DNA of 64,000 bases from Candidatus Thorarchaeota archaeon (GTDB lineage Archaea > Asgardarchaeota > Thorarchaeia > Thorarchaeales > Thorarchaeaceae). The position numbers and the translations under genes were made by a program. Of the stretch, positions 48,418 to 57,121 are shown piece after piece. Under the pieces are notes generated by a model. That model ran no database searches and was not told the origin of the DNA. It saw nothing but the letters and a program-made list of their open reading frames with translations. The stretch spans positions 1 through 64,000 of the forward strand of contig JBHLQH010000001.1 in assembly GCA_048884965.1 (NCBI GenBank). The letters are read 5' to 3'. Each line of letters opens with the position of its first letter. Within the stretch, counting starts at the first letter, position 1.

Positions 48418-50706
48418 TTACTGTTTGAATACCACTCTCAGAATTTGTCCTTTCTTGAATTTGTGCTTCACAGCTACAACTTCTGGAGCTATCTCTTCAA
48501 AACCAATTTTCTCATCATCAACATATGCGCGTGATGGTATCCATTGATCACTGAACACGAAGAAGATTGACTCTTCTTGTCTGGAGTTCTTCTTGATTTT
48601 CATACTCAGCTCTTTGCCTCCATCGTTCCAATCCACATCGCTAAGCTCGACTGCGCCTTGGGTGAAATGGATGCTGGTGCTAAGGATTGAGGGGATCTCA
48701 CTCTCTGGTCGTATCACAAGTAGCTTGCTGGTGTGCGGCTTGAGGCCAAATATCGCAATCTGCTCCTCTGAGAGTCCATGGTACTCCTGATTCCAGAAGT
48801 CGAACACATGATGAGGAACACTAGGGTCTAATCCTATTGTTTCAAGTAGAACAGAAATATCGATTGGTGTTTCATTCAGATTGATGAGTCCTAGAACCAC
48901 CCACTTCCCACTAGGATTCTCGAGAGTTAGTGCAAATATCGATGGGTTCTCCTTCTCAAATGCATCAATTGCTCTTGCAGTCTTTCGATAGGGTGGTAGT
49001 ACCTTATCAATGAATGCTAGTCGTTCTTCGGAAACCTCCATCATTCTATCACTAAGCAGGATAGCTCCGCCACTAAGAGCAACGACGTTTAACCAGAGCT
49101 TGACCTCTTCTTCAGTTAACTCATTATCATCCTGCCTTACAAGTACACAATCGGGATCGTTTACCCAGAGTCGGTCATGCATGACTGCCCGTGTCATAGT
49201 ATTCACCGAGCACTCATAGACCCCGCCTCCCCAGTCATACCTCCAGTGAGTGGCGATGTCCGTTCCAATTCTCATCATATTGACCATACCAATACATGGA
49301 CCTAAGGGTGCTCCACATCCTAATATCATATCGTCACCTACGGCCTCTCTGATAACTTCAAGCCCCCTACGGATTGCTTGCGCCCGTGTTATCTTGGAAT
49401 CATGTCGTTGCCCAAGAAGTGCCGCATGATATAGGAAGTCTATCTTGAAATACTCAAATCCATCCTGTTTGAGCTTAGTGAATATGCCTTTGATATGCTT
49501 GAGCACCTTAGGATTGGTTAGGTCAAGTGCGTGATAGTTTCCAAGCCAGAGGGGATTCTCTCCCACAACAATGGGGTTGTTATCATGGTCCCGGACGAAC
49601 CAGTCTCGCTTATCTTTGAAAATCTCGGAGTGCTCAGAAGCAACAAAGGGTGCTGTCCAGACTCCCGCGCGGTATCCTTTCTCTTTTATTTTCTTGACAA
49701 GAGCAGCAAGACCGCTCCCAAATCTAGAATTCTCATCCCAATCTCCAACCTTCATTTGATAGCCATCATCGATCTGTATCCATTCAATTTCCTTGCCAAA
49801 TCGATTAGCTAGGAAGTCAGTATTCTCAATAATCTCTCCCTCGTCTGGCATGGTGTAGTAGAAATACCAGCTGCACCATCCAGCAGGAACATTCTTCCAT
49901 TTTATTGCATTCATCCGTTGTGATACGAAATCCATGTACTCCTCCAAGCTCTGATACGCATTTTTGCTGTAGAGAACAAGTGTTTCTTCTGACACGATTG
50001 TATCCTTCTCGGTGACGGGAAGATTATCGGCATGGGATGTTGCTGCAATAAGTGCCAATCTCGACTTCTCCTCATTCCTTCCCCGTGCTGATACTGTGGA
50101 TAACTGATCCGCCATTGTAGTAAAGCCAATTACCAAAGCATCCTCTGTAGCAGTATTCTTCAGGATTGAGTAGTAATGACTCAAATTCTCTCCTACATCT
50201 ATTGGATGCGATTGGCTCAGTTCCCATGAATGAAATCCATTCCTGAAGAATCGTAGGTCGCTCTTTTTCCAACCTGTCACTATTCGAGATGCATCATCGA
50301 CATCTATTACTAGAGTATCTATTGATTTTACGAGAACCTCATTAGCTCTATTTCGATATTGAACCACTATCGAGAAACCAGAGACCTTGTCATAGACTGA
50401 GAGTTTGATGCTAAGATCGGCAGTCTTCTCAACATCTTGAACTTTAAGTACGACCGACTTTCCCTTGATTCTTTCTTCCTGAAAATCGAGCGCGCTGAAT
50501 GATTTGTAGACCATCTTCCGTGAATCGAAGACCTCCCTATCAGTATGGATCAGTACATAACCCTTTGAGAAACAAATAACATTCTCATTGTTAGAAGTGA
50601 GAGAGATGTATCCTAGACGTGTATCATAAATCACTGTGACGATTCCATTGGTAAGATGGATTGAATTTTCACCCACGTCGACCTTGCATGCTTGGTCTTC
50701 ATTCAT
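48418..50706 (-). CDS. Glycoside hydrolase family 36 (alpha-galactosidase-like)
   Basis: GWCSWY, IQIDDGYQ, GVWTAPF, YFKIDF nucleophile, LGCGAP, MRIGTD, NDPDC. Confidence 0.88.
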   Translation of the reverse strand: MNEDQACKVDVGENSIHLTNGIVTVIYDTRLGYISLTSNNENVICFSKGYVLIHTDREVFDSRKMVYKSFSALDFQEERIKGKSVVLKVQDVEKTADLSIKLSVYDKVSGFSIVVQYRNRANEVLVKSIDTLVIDVDDASRIVTGWKKSDLRFFRNGFHSWELSQSHPIDVGENLSHYYSILKNTATEDALVIGFTTMADQLSTVSARGRNEEKSRLALIAATSHADNLPVTEKDTIVSEETLVLYSKNAYQSLEEYMDFVSQRMNAIKWKNVPAGWCSWYFYYTMPDEGEIIENTDFLANRFGKEIEWIQIDDGYQMKVGDWDENSRFGSGLAALVKKIKEKGYRAGVWTAPFVASEHSEIFKDKRDWFVRDHDNNPIVVGENPLWLGNYHALDLTNPKVLKHIKGIFTKLKQDGFEYFKIDFLYHAALLGQRHDSKITRAQAIRRGLEVIREAVGDDMILGCGAPLGPCIGMVNMMRIGTDIATHWRYDWGGGVYECSVNTMTRAVMHDRLWVNDPDCVLVRQDDNELTEEEVKLWLNVVALSGGAILLSDRMMEVSEERLAFIDKVLPPYRKTARAIDAFEKENPSIFALTLENPSGKWVVLGLINLNETPIDISVLLETIGLDPSVPHHVFDFWNQEYHGLSEEQIAIFGLKPHTSKLLVIRPESEIPSILSTSIHFTQGAVELSDVDWNDGGKELSMKIKKNSRQEESIFFVFSDQWIPSRAYVDDEKIGFEEIAPEVVAVKHKFKKGQILRVVFKQ

Positions 50707-50777
50707 TCAAAGATGCCTCCAGTCTACAATTTGGCGGACCAGAGTCCTCTTATGCTTTACCCGAGGTCAAGGCAGGC

Positions 50778-51329
50778 TTATTCAAGCTGTTGTGCTCTCT
50801 GCATAGCCACATCTGCTTCAGAATACTCGAAAAGCTTCTTGTGAGCATTAGCCAGCATCTCCCAAGCTTCTCTATCCTTTGACTGCATTTTCATGTAATA
50901 GCTAAGGTACATCTTCACTCCTTCATAATCATCAAGCTTCTCACTACATTTCGCAGCATAGAACAGTGCACGTTTGTGATTCATCTCAGAGCCCATGACC
51001 TTCCTAAAAACCTGCAGGGCTTCCTTCCATTCTTCGTTGCTATAGAAGTCCAACCCCTCTTCAAATACAATCTCCAATTCTCCGTATTCTGGAATCTTCA
51101 TAGCTACTGACATAGTGAATAGGGAGGATGTGCAGCATATCAATATCATACCGATGATAACTCCAAGTCCTAGAATTGTCGCTGGCGGAGCAAAATACGG
51201 TAAGTATCCCCAGCCAACTGCCCAAGCTGTAATCACTGATCCCAGAATAATAAGTAATCCTGCCAAACCCACACGTTTGGCTTTTCTGGTTCCTCCTTGT
51301 TCAGGAGTGCCATTTGGTTCAGGCATCAT
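50778..51329 (-). CDS. Membrane protein (2 TM) with C-terminal TPRs
   Basis: Two hydrophobic helices, then about 3 TPR-like units; the ORF-track N-terminal extension overlaps the upstream gene. Confidence 0.75.
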   Translation of the reverse strand: MMPEPNGTPEQGGTRKAKRVGLAGLLIILGSVITAWAVGWGYLPYFAPPATILGLGVIIGMILICCTSSLFTMSVAMKIPEYGELEIVFEEGLDFYSNEEWKEALQVFRKVMGSEMNHKRALFYAAKCSEKLDDYEGVKMYLSYYMKMQSKDREAWEMLANAHKKLFEYSEADVAMQRAQQLE

Positions 51330-51381
51330 AAATGAACACATCCAATGTCTCCTGCGAGATTCGCCTTTTAGATGTAATGAA

Positions 51382-52041
51382 TCAATCAATCTTCTTCTTT
51401 TCATCGACAAAATCCTTGTCGAAATCCTCTTTGATTTTCTGAATCTTCTTGAGATGCTCTTCTTCTGCCTTCTTTGCTTCCAATCTATCTCGTGCAACAT
51501 CAATCCATTGTAACACTCTATGTGCCAGCTGAGGTTTCAACTGCATAGCGAGTTCCGCATACGCTATAGCCCTCTCATCATCTTCTTCAATGAAGTGACA
51601 ATTAGCCTTATTATAGAAAGCCTCCGCATATGTAGGATGCAGCGCTACTGCTCGTGTATATGCTTCCAGAGCCTTTTGTCCTTGTGTAAGTCGGGAGTAG
51701 CAGTTGCCCAGGTTATTCCATCCTTCTGGATCCTCTGGGTTGATTTCGAGCGCTTTCTCATAGCATACTTGTGCTGCCTTGAAATCTGCTAGATTATAAA
51801 GTGAATTCGCTTTGTTGAACCATATCTCGAAAATTCCATTATCGATTGAGAGAGCTTCATCATATGCAATAACGGCTTCTTCGTCCCTATTCAATTCACT
51901 CAAAACATATCCCAAGTTATACCATCCTTCAAGAGACTCAGGATGTGACTCGAGGAAGTCTTTGAGTACTTTCTCTGCCTCTTTATGCTCTCCTTTCTCT
52001 ATCAGAAGAATAGCATTATCAATGGGATTATTGTCAATCAT
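51382..52041 (-). CDS. Tetratricopeptide repeat protein
   Basis: WYNLG, WFNKA, WNNLG, FYNKA repeats at 34-aa spacing. Confidence 0.9.
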   Translation of the reverse strand: MIDNNPIDNAILLIEKGEHKEAEKVLKDFLESHPESLEGWYNLGYVLSELNRDEEAVIAYDEALSIDNGIFEIWFNKANSLYNLADFKAAQVCYEKALEINPEDPEGWNNLGNCYSRLTQGQKALEAYTRAVALHPTYAEAFYNKANCHFIEEDDERAIAYAELAMQLKPQLAHRVLQWIDVARDRLEAKKAEEEHLKKIQKIKEDFDKDFVDEKKKID

Positions 52042-52086
52042 TAGGCACCCCCCTCTTTCTGAGGGGATAAGCCTTTGGAATCGTAC

Positions 52087-52524
52087 CTAATCTGTCTTTG
52101 CAGTTCTACGGGCAGCAATAGTGAGGAAAATTCCTATCCAACCCATCGTTTGAGCGGCGATAACAAGAAAGTCCCATGCTGCTGTAGCTCCTGAGAGCCA
52201 TATGAGCTCGACCAATTTGATTATCAATCCGATTAAGCTCATCCCAACTGCGATTCCAATAATGAACCTTCCAGTCCCAATTCTATCAGTCGTTAGCATA
52301 TAGCCTCCAATTATGGCTCCTATGCCTCCACTCAATGCTAGAATAGTTAGAATCCAGATCAATCCATTGACAATTGGAGTCATCGCTAGAAGCTCGGGGA
52401 TTTCTGTAATCAAATCCAAATATGCAAAGAATCCTATGCTTCCTGTTATTCCCTCTAAGAAGAGGATGATACCTCCAATCATTGCCAAGGCAAACGAGTG
52501 TTTATTCTTCAAATCAAATGCCAC
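52087..52524 (-). CDS. Hypothetical 4-TM membrane protein
   Basis: Four Gly-rich hydrophobic helices. Confidence 0.75.
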   Translation of the reverse strand: MAFDLKNKHSFALAMIGGIILFLEGITGSIGFFAYLDLITEIPELLAMTPIVNGLIWILTILALSGGIGAIIGGYMLTTDRIGTGRFIIGIAVGMSLIGLIIKLVELIWLSGATAAWDFLVIAAQTMGWIGIFLTIAARRTAKTD

Positions 52525-52547
52525 CGCAGAGAAATATTGGAGCTACC

Positions 52548-53429
52548 TTATCTTTCTGGCGCCATATCATCAAACTTGCTGTACGCCTTGCCTCTTCTGA
52601 ATGTCGATGGAACCAAGTTACAGCAATCGCGTAGCAATGTAATCGCGTTGTCAATTCCATCTCCGATCATCTGTGGAGAATGTGCATCAGATCCAACGGT
52701 AATAGTATCTATACCCCTTGAAACCAGACTTTGAATGAGGTCTTTCGATGGATGTGGCTCAACTTGTCCTTTTCTCCAAGAAGAAGTATTGACCTCGAAA
52801 CCTACATTATACTTCAGCATTTTCTTCGCGAGATCGTCGATGTGTGGTTTCCATAAATCAAAGATAGGCCTGCCATACGAATCTTCACCATATCTCCTGT
52901 AAAGGTCTAGATGTCCAAGGACATTGACCATTGAGGTTTCAACTGTGTCTTGTAGTATTGAGAAGTAAAGATTTCCCATCTCTTCAAGGGTATATCGAGA
53001 GTAGATTACCTCTGCATCTTCTTTCTTGGATATGGCTAAGTGATCAATTAGATGCATCGAACCAATAACAAGATCCCATTCCGCCCGCATGAAACTTTCT
53101 GATAGATTGTCAATGACCCCTGGGTAGATATCCAACTCTGCACCCATCAATACGACTAGCCCAATTTCCGAGTACTTGTCTCCTGCAGTTCGTATTGCAT
53201 TTTCATAATCCTCAATCCACTCTTGAGAATGGACATCTATTGCTCTACCATTGACCGAAATGACACAATCTTCTGTTACTGGATCCGTATCGACGTGAGT
53301 TGTGAATGCGATCTCTTTCAGACCTTTTTTGACCGCCTCACTACAAAACTCCTCGATTGAGCCAATGGCATCAAAGGAATAATTCGGGTGAATATGGTAG
53401 TCGATCATTGGAAGATCAATCCTGTCCAT
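52548..53429 (-). CDS. PHP-family phosphatase (histidinol-phosphatase HisJ/HisK-like)
   Basis: DYHIH, AFTTH, GAELD, IGSMH, LGHLD, FEVNTS, GSDAH. Confidence 0.85.
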   Translation of the reverse strand: MDRIDLPMIDYHIHPNYSFDAIGSIEEFCSEAVKKGLKEIAFTTHVDTDPVTEDCVISVNGRAIDVHSQEWIEDYENAIRTAGDKYSEIGLVVLMGAELDIYPGVIDNLSESFMRAEWDLVIGSMHLIDHLAISKKEDAEVIYSRYTLEEMGNLYFSILQDTVETSMVNVLGHLDLYRRYGEDSYGRPIFDLWKPHIDDLAKKMLKYNVGFEVNTSSWRKGQVEPHPSKDLIQSLVSRGIDTITVGSDAHSPQMIGDGIDNAITLLRDCCNLVPSTFRRGKAYSKFDDMAPER

Positions 53430-53462
53430 TTACTTTATTCTACTTATTGTTCGGGGAATGTA

Positions 53463-54683
53463 CTACTCTTCAATCGCTAGGACAACAGGGGATTCACTTG
53501 TCTTGGGAGCGTCCTTCAGAAATAGTGCTGTAATGGCTGCTAGACCTGATACAACAACCAGGAATACTATTGAGGTAGCTAGTCCATAGACATCTCCAAT
53601 CCATCCAAAAACTGCTGGAGACACTGCTCCAGGAATGGCACCGATTGAGAAGAGGAGTCCGAAAGCAAGTCCTTGCTTTTCAGTTGGAGAAACCTCGGTT
53701 TCAAATGCTTGCCCCGGAGGAACACCAAAGAAGTAGATGAACCCTATTCCGACCAGTACTAGAATGAGAGGTAACGGATCAAGTGAGAGGTTTAGCAATA
53801 AGAACAGAGGGACCATGCTTAGTACTGACAGGAACATATATGGTACTCTACTTCCAGACCTGTCAGAAATTGGAGCAGATACAAGCTCTCCAAAGAGACC
53901 TGCTGTCAACATGATTGCTGTAAGAGACCCTGCCCATACAGGCTCATAGCCATAACTATCAACAAGATAGATTGGCATCATGAGCGTAGTGCATCTGAAT
54001 GGAATACCTCTCAGGCCCATGAATAATATTACGACGAAGAAGTTACGCGTCCAGCCAACCTGTTCCTTTTGCTCATTGTCATTTCCATTGGCGATATCAA
54101 TTCGTGTTTGATTATCGGCGTATCTCATGAGTACGAGAATTGGGAAGAATATGGCAATGCCCATCAGACCAAGTGTGAAGAGAGGTTCTCGCCATCCGCC
54201 AAAGAGAACGAGAAGGGAAACACCAAGGAAGGGGATGATTGCCATTCCAATCAGTCCACCTGCTGCATTGAAGCCAACGGCTTTCGCTCGTGCTGTCTTT
54301 GGGAATTTCGCTGAGATTGCAGGGAATGCGGATGGATGGTAGCCCGAAACTGCCAAACCAAGAGCTATTTGCGTACCTAGAAGGAACACGAAGCTAGTGG
54401 CGAAGCTTTCAACAAGCATCACCAAGCCTGATAGAATGACGCTAACGGATATGAAGAGATCTCGTAGACCTTTATCTCCAAGATATCCTACAATTAGGTG
54501 TGCAGAGGTCATAGTAACGATAACAGCACTAGTAAGAGTGCCTACCTCTGTCAGGGTGAGTGACAACTCATCTCGAATCAGTGGGAGAAATGGAGAGAGA
54601 GCTCCCGTGTACATGTGATTAATTAGATGTGACAATGTACATGCGATGAGCACACCATAGGAAGCCTTGGTTATCTTGGACAA
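53463..54683 (-). CDS. Major facilitator superfamily transporter (Fsr-like)
   Basis: HLINH..PFLPLI, GYLGDKG, GYHP, ISDRSG; about 12 TM helices; TTG start after AGGAG. Confidence 0.9.
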   Translation of the reverse strand: MSKITKASYGVLIACTLSHLINHMYTGALSPFLPLIRDELSLTLTEVGTLTSAVIVTMTSAHLIVGYLGDKGLRDLFISVSVILSGLVMLVESFATSFVFLLGTQIALGLAVSGYHPSAFPAISAKFPKTARAKAVGFNAAGGLIGMAIIPFLGVSLLVLFGGWREPLFTLGLMGIAIFFPILVLMRYADNQTRIDIANGNDNEQKEQVGWTRNFFVVILFMGLRGIPFRCTTLMMPIYLVDSYGYEPVWAGSLTAIMLTAGLFGELVSAPISDRSGSRVPYMFLSVLSMVPLFLLLNLSLDPLPLILVLVGIGFIYFFGVPPGQAFETEVSPTEKQGLAFGLLFSIGAIPGAVSPAVFGWIGDVYGLATSIVFLVVVSGLAAITALFLKDAPKTSESPVVLAIEE

Positions 54684-54788
54684 ATCACAATAGTCTCCTG
54701 TGTTGGAGCCAGAGCCAGCACCTGAGATATGTAAATGTGATGATAAGGTCCATATCGAAGACGAATAGGGAAAAAGAAGGAAATATGC

Positions 54789-54846
54789 GGAAAGCTGATG
54801 ACTAGGTAAACCCAATCATCAGCACATCCGACTTCGACTCGGTTTT
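54789..54846 (-). promoter_or_regulatory. Long hairpin between the subtilase and MFS genes (terminator, attenuator or sRNA)
   Basis: Minus strand GCTGATGATTGGG-ttta-CCTAGTCATCAGC forms a 13-bp stem with two G-U pairs, followed by a U-rich tract. Confidence 0.45.
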
Positions 54847-54927
54847 TTGTATGTTAGGCTTGTACATCCTCCCTTTTAAACTTCCGAAACAAAGCAATCA
54901 AAGTGTGCAGGGAAGCACAATGGCACT

Positions 54928-56901
54928 CTAGAGAATATCAGAGAGCCAAAGACCAATTCTAAGCGCCAATAAGTCATCATCCAATGAGGCATAATTACCT
55001 CGAATTCCCCAATTATCAATGAAGAAATTGGTTCCAGTTATGACAAGTCTACCTCCTGCATTTCCTTCATAGCATGCAAGTACGGTATGTCCTGAGTAAC
55101 TTGCCAATCGGGTATAGCTTGCATTCGTTATCACAGAAGCACCCAGATAGTCGAAGGAATTTACTCCCGCCGTAATTGCGTGTGCATCTATTGAGGTTAC
55201 TTCGATTACGTTGCCTGTTGCTGGAATCGTGTTCGTAGTCATGGATGCTCCAGTCCACATCAGAAACTCGTTCAGTGATGATATATCCAAGGTTCGGTTG
55301 CTTAGTGCTGTGACAAAGATACCTCCACCATTCATGAAGTACTCTTCGTAAGCGTCTATCTCATCTGGAGTGAAGGGAATTGAGAATCTTGTTGGATTGG
55401 TATAATCAGTCTCATTTGTATCCCATGCGCATGGGTCCAAGAGAAATACTGCATCGAAATTAGACAAGTAGTCACTTGTAAGGTAACTTCTATCTCTAAT
55501 CTCTGTCACAGAAATATCGTTCTCAGAAAAATGAATGTAGAGTTCCTTGAACTGTCCATAGACAGTATCAATTGTCCAAGGAGTATGAGTGATATCAAAG
55601 GCGATTCGTGCTTCTGGACTTCGTGGAGATATATTGATTGCCAAAGAATCGCTTGAGTACTGATCAGCGAAGGTGATGGTTCCAATAATAAGATCTGATG
55701 CTGCAGGAACATGGATAGTGATAGGAACTAGTGCCGTTTGGTTTATCACCATACTTGTTGGCACCTCGACAATATCCTCTGAAATCCCTGATATGGAGAT
55801 ATCAAATATCGCAATGGTCGATGTTGTTATCTCTACCTCAAATGTATAGTTATCACCCAAGAATAGAGTTTCAAAATCCAGTGGTAGGGACTCAACATCG
55901 AGATATGTAAGACGTGGCAGATCATCGTGAATTGCTGCATCATCCAGAACGTTCTTTGATTCTTGTAGATTCGCCTTTCCAGCTCCCACAACATATTCGG
56001 GTTCATCAAGAGGTGTAGCTCCAGCCAGAAGAGCTGCTGTTATCGATCCCGGTGTGTATGAATAATCATTGGCAATGCAATGCTCAATGAGTTCTACAAC
56101 ATATGCTGCAATCTTGGGCGAAGCGAAGCTTGTACCGTAGTATATCGCACTTGTCGTTTCGACATAACCCTCTATTGCGATGTCTGGTTTCATGTACCTT
56201 TCCGCTGTTGGACCCCAACTTGAATAATAGGCTGCGACTCCGTTCTCATCCAAAGCTCCTACTGAGATTACCTTGGAGTAGACGCTTGGAGAGCTTATGC
56301 TTGTTCCTGGAAGGCCAGAATCGCCCTCATTGCCTGCCGCAGATACTACAATAACCCCTCTCGACCAAGCGTACTCAGCAACCGACTCAAGTGGGTCTCC
56401 TACAGTTGGCGAGGAACCAAGGCTAAGATTAATGATGCTGCAGTTTTGCTCAATCGCCCAATAGATTGCCGCGATCAGCGCCTCTGCAGTAGCGTATCCC
56501 GATGAGTCGATGACCTTTGCGACAACGATCCTTGCGCTATCACTATTTTGAACTAATGCACGAGTCACCATGGTGCCATGTCTGACATTATTCCCAGCTC
56601 CATCATCAGGATTCGAATCCGCAGTAGAAGTATCCGTGGTTTCATAGCCATACTGTGGAAGAATGAAACTCCGTTCAGCAACTACTCTCCCTGAAGTGGA
56701 GAAATCTTGGTCAAGTCCTGAATCAACAATTGCGACTCGAATGTTTCCATCAGTTGTAGGATTGATATTGAATGGAATGAGCTGGAAAATCGCAACTATT
56801 CCTGTTGAGATGACGATCAGTAAAATGATAATTACTGCAGCAATCTTTGTTCCAGTAGATTTAGTGGATTGCTCAGGTGGTGTATCCCAGTATAAGGCCA
56901 T
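54928..56901 (-). CDS. Membrane-anchored S8 subtilisin-like serine protease with Ig-like and GATase-like C-terminal domains
   Basis: Catalytic triad motifs VAIVDSG, HGTMV, GTSFASP; AAGNEG oxyanion motif; N-terminal TM; RIAFDITH...EYFMNGGGIFV domain. Confidence 0.88.
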   Translation of the reverse strand: MALYWDTPPEQSTKSTGTKIAAVIIILLIVISTGIVAIFQLIPFNINPTTDGNIRVAIVDSGLDQDFSTSGRVVAERSFILPQYGYETTDTSTADSNPDDGAGNNVRHGTMVTRALVQNSDSARIVVAKVIDSSGYATAEALIAAIYWAIEQNCSIINLSLGSSPTVGDPLESVAEYAWSRGVIVVSAAGNEGDSGLPGTSISSPSVYSKVISVGALDENGVAAYYSSWGPTAERYMKPDIAIEGYVETTSAIYYGTSFASPKIAAYVVELIEHCIANDYSYTPGSITAALLAGATPLDEPEYVVGAGKANLQESKNVLDDAAIHDDLPRLTYLDVESLPLDFETLFLGDNYTFEVEITTSTIAIFDISISGISEDIVEVPTSMVINQTALVPITIHVPAASDLIIGTITFADQYSSDSLAINISPRSPEARIAFDITHTPWTIDTVYGQFKELYIHFSENDISVTEIRDRSYLTSDYLSNFDAVFLLDPCAWDTNETDYTNPTRFSIPFTPDEIDAYEEYFMNGGGIFVTALSNRTLDISSLNEFLMWTGASMTTNTIPATGNVIEVTSIDAHAITAGVNSFDYLGASVITNASYTRLASYSGHTVLACYEGNAGGRLVITGTNFFIDNWGIRGNYASLDDDLLALRIGLWLSDIL

Positions 56902-57121
56902 GGTGATTCCTCAATGAATTGTCTATCCCGTCAAGGAGCCCAATCTAGGAAGATTGATGAACTTGTCGAACACGGAATTCGTACTCTTGAAGACTTATTA
57001 AGAAGCTTCAAAAGGTATTCCATCCATTCATCTAGTAGCTAGTGGTACGGAAGGGTTGATTACAAGATTATTTATCAATGCCAAATCATGCAAGCATAGT
57101 ATACTTTGTGAGGTACTGACA

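Noticed and set aside
54789-54830. CTGATGA as a hammerhead core, C box or fluoride riboswitch 3' motif
   Set aside because: It is sequestered in a stem; there is no downstream GAAA core, no D box and no GGCGAUG-type 5' riboswitch element.
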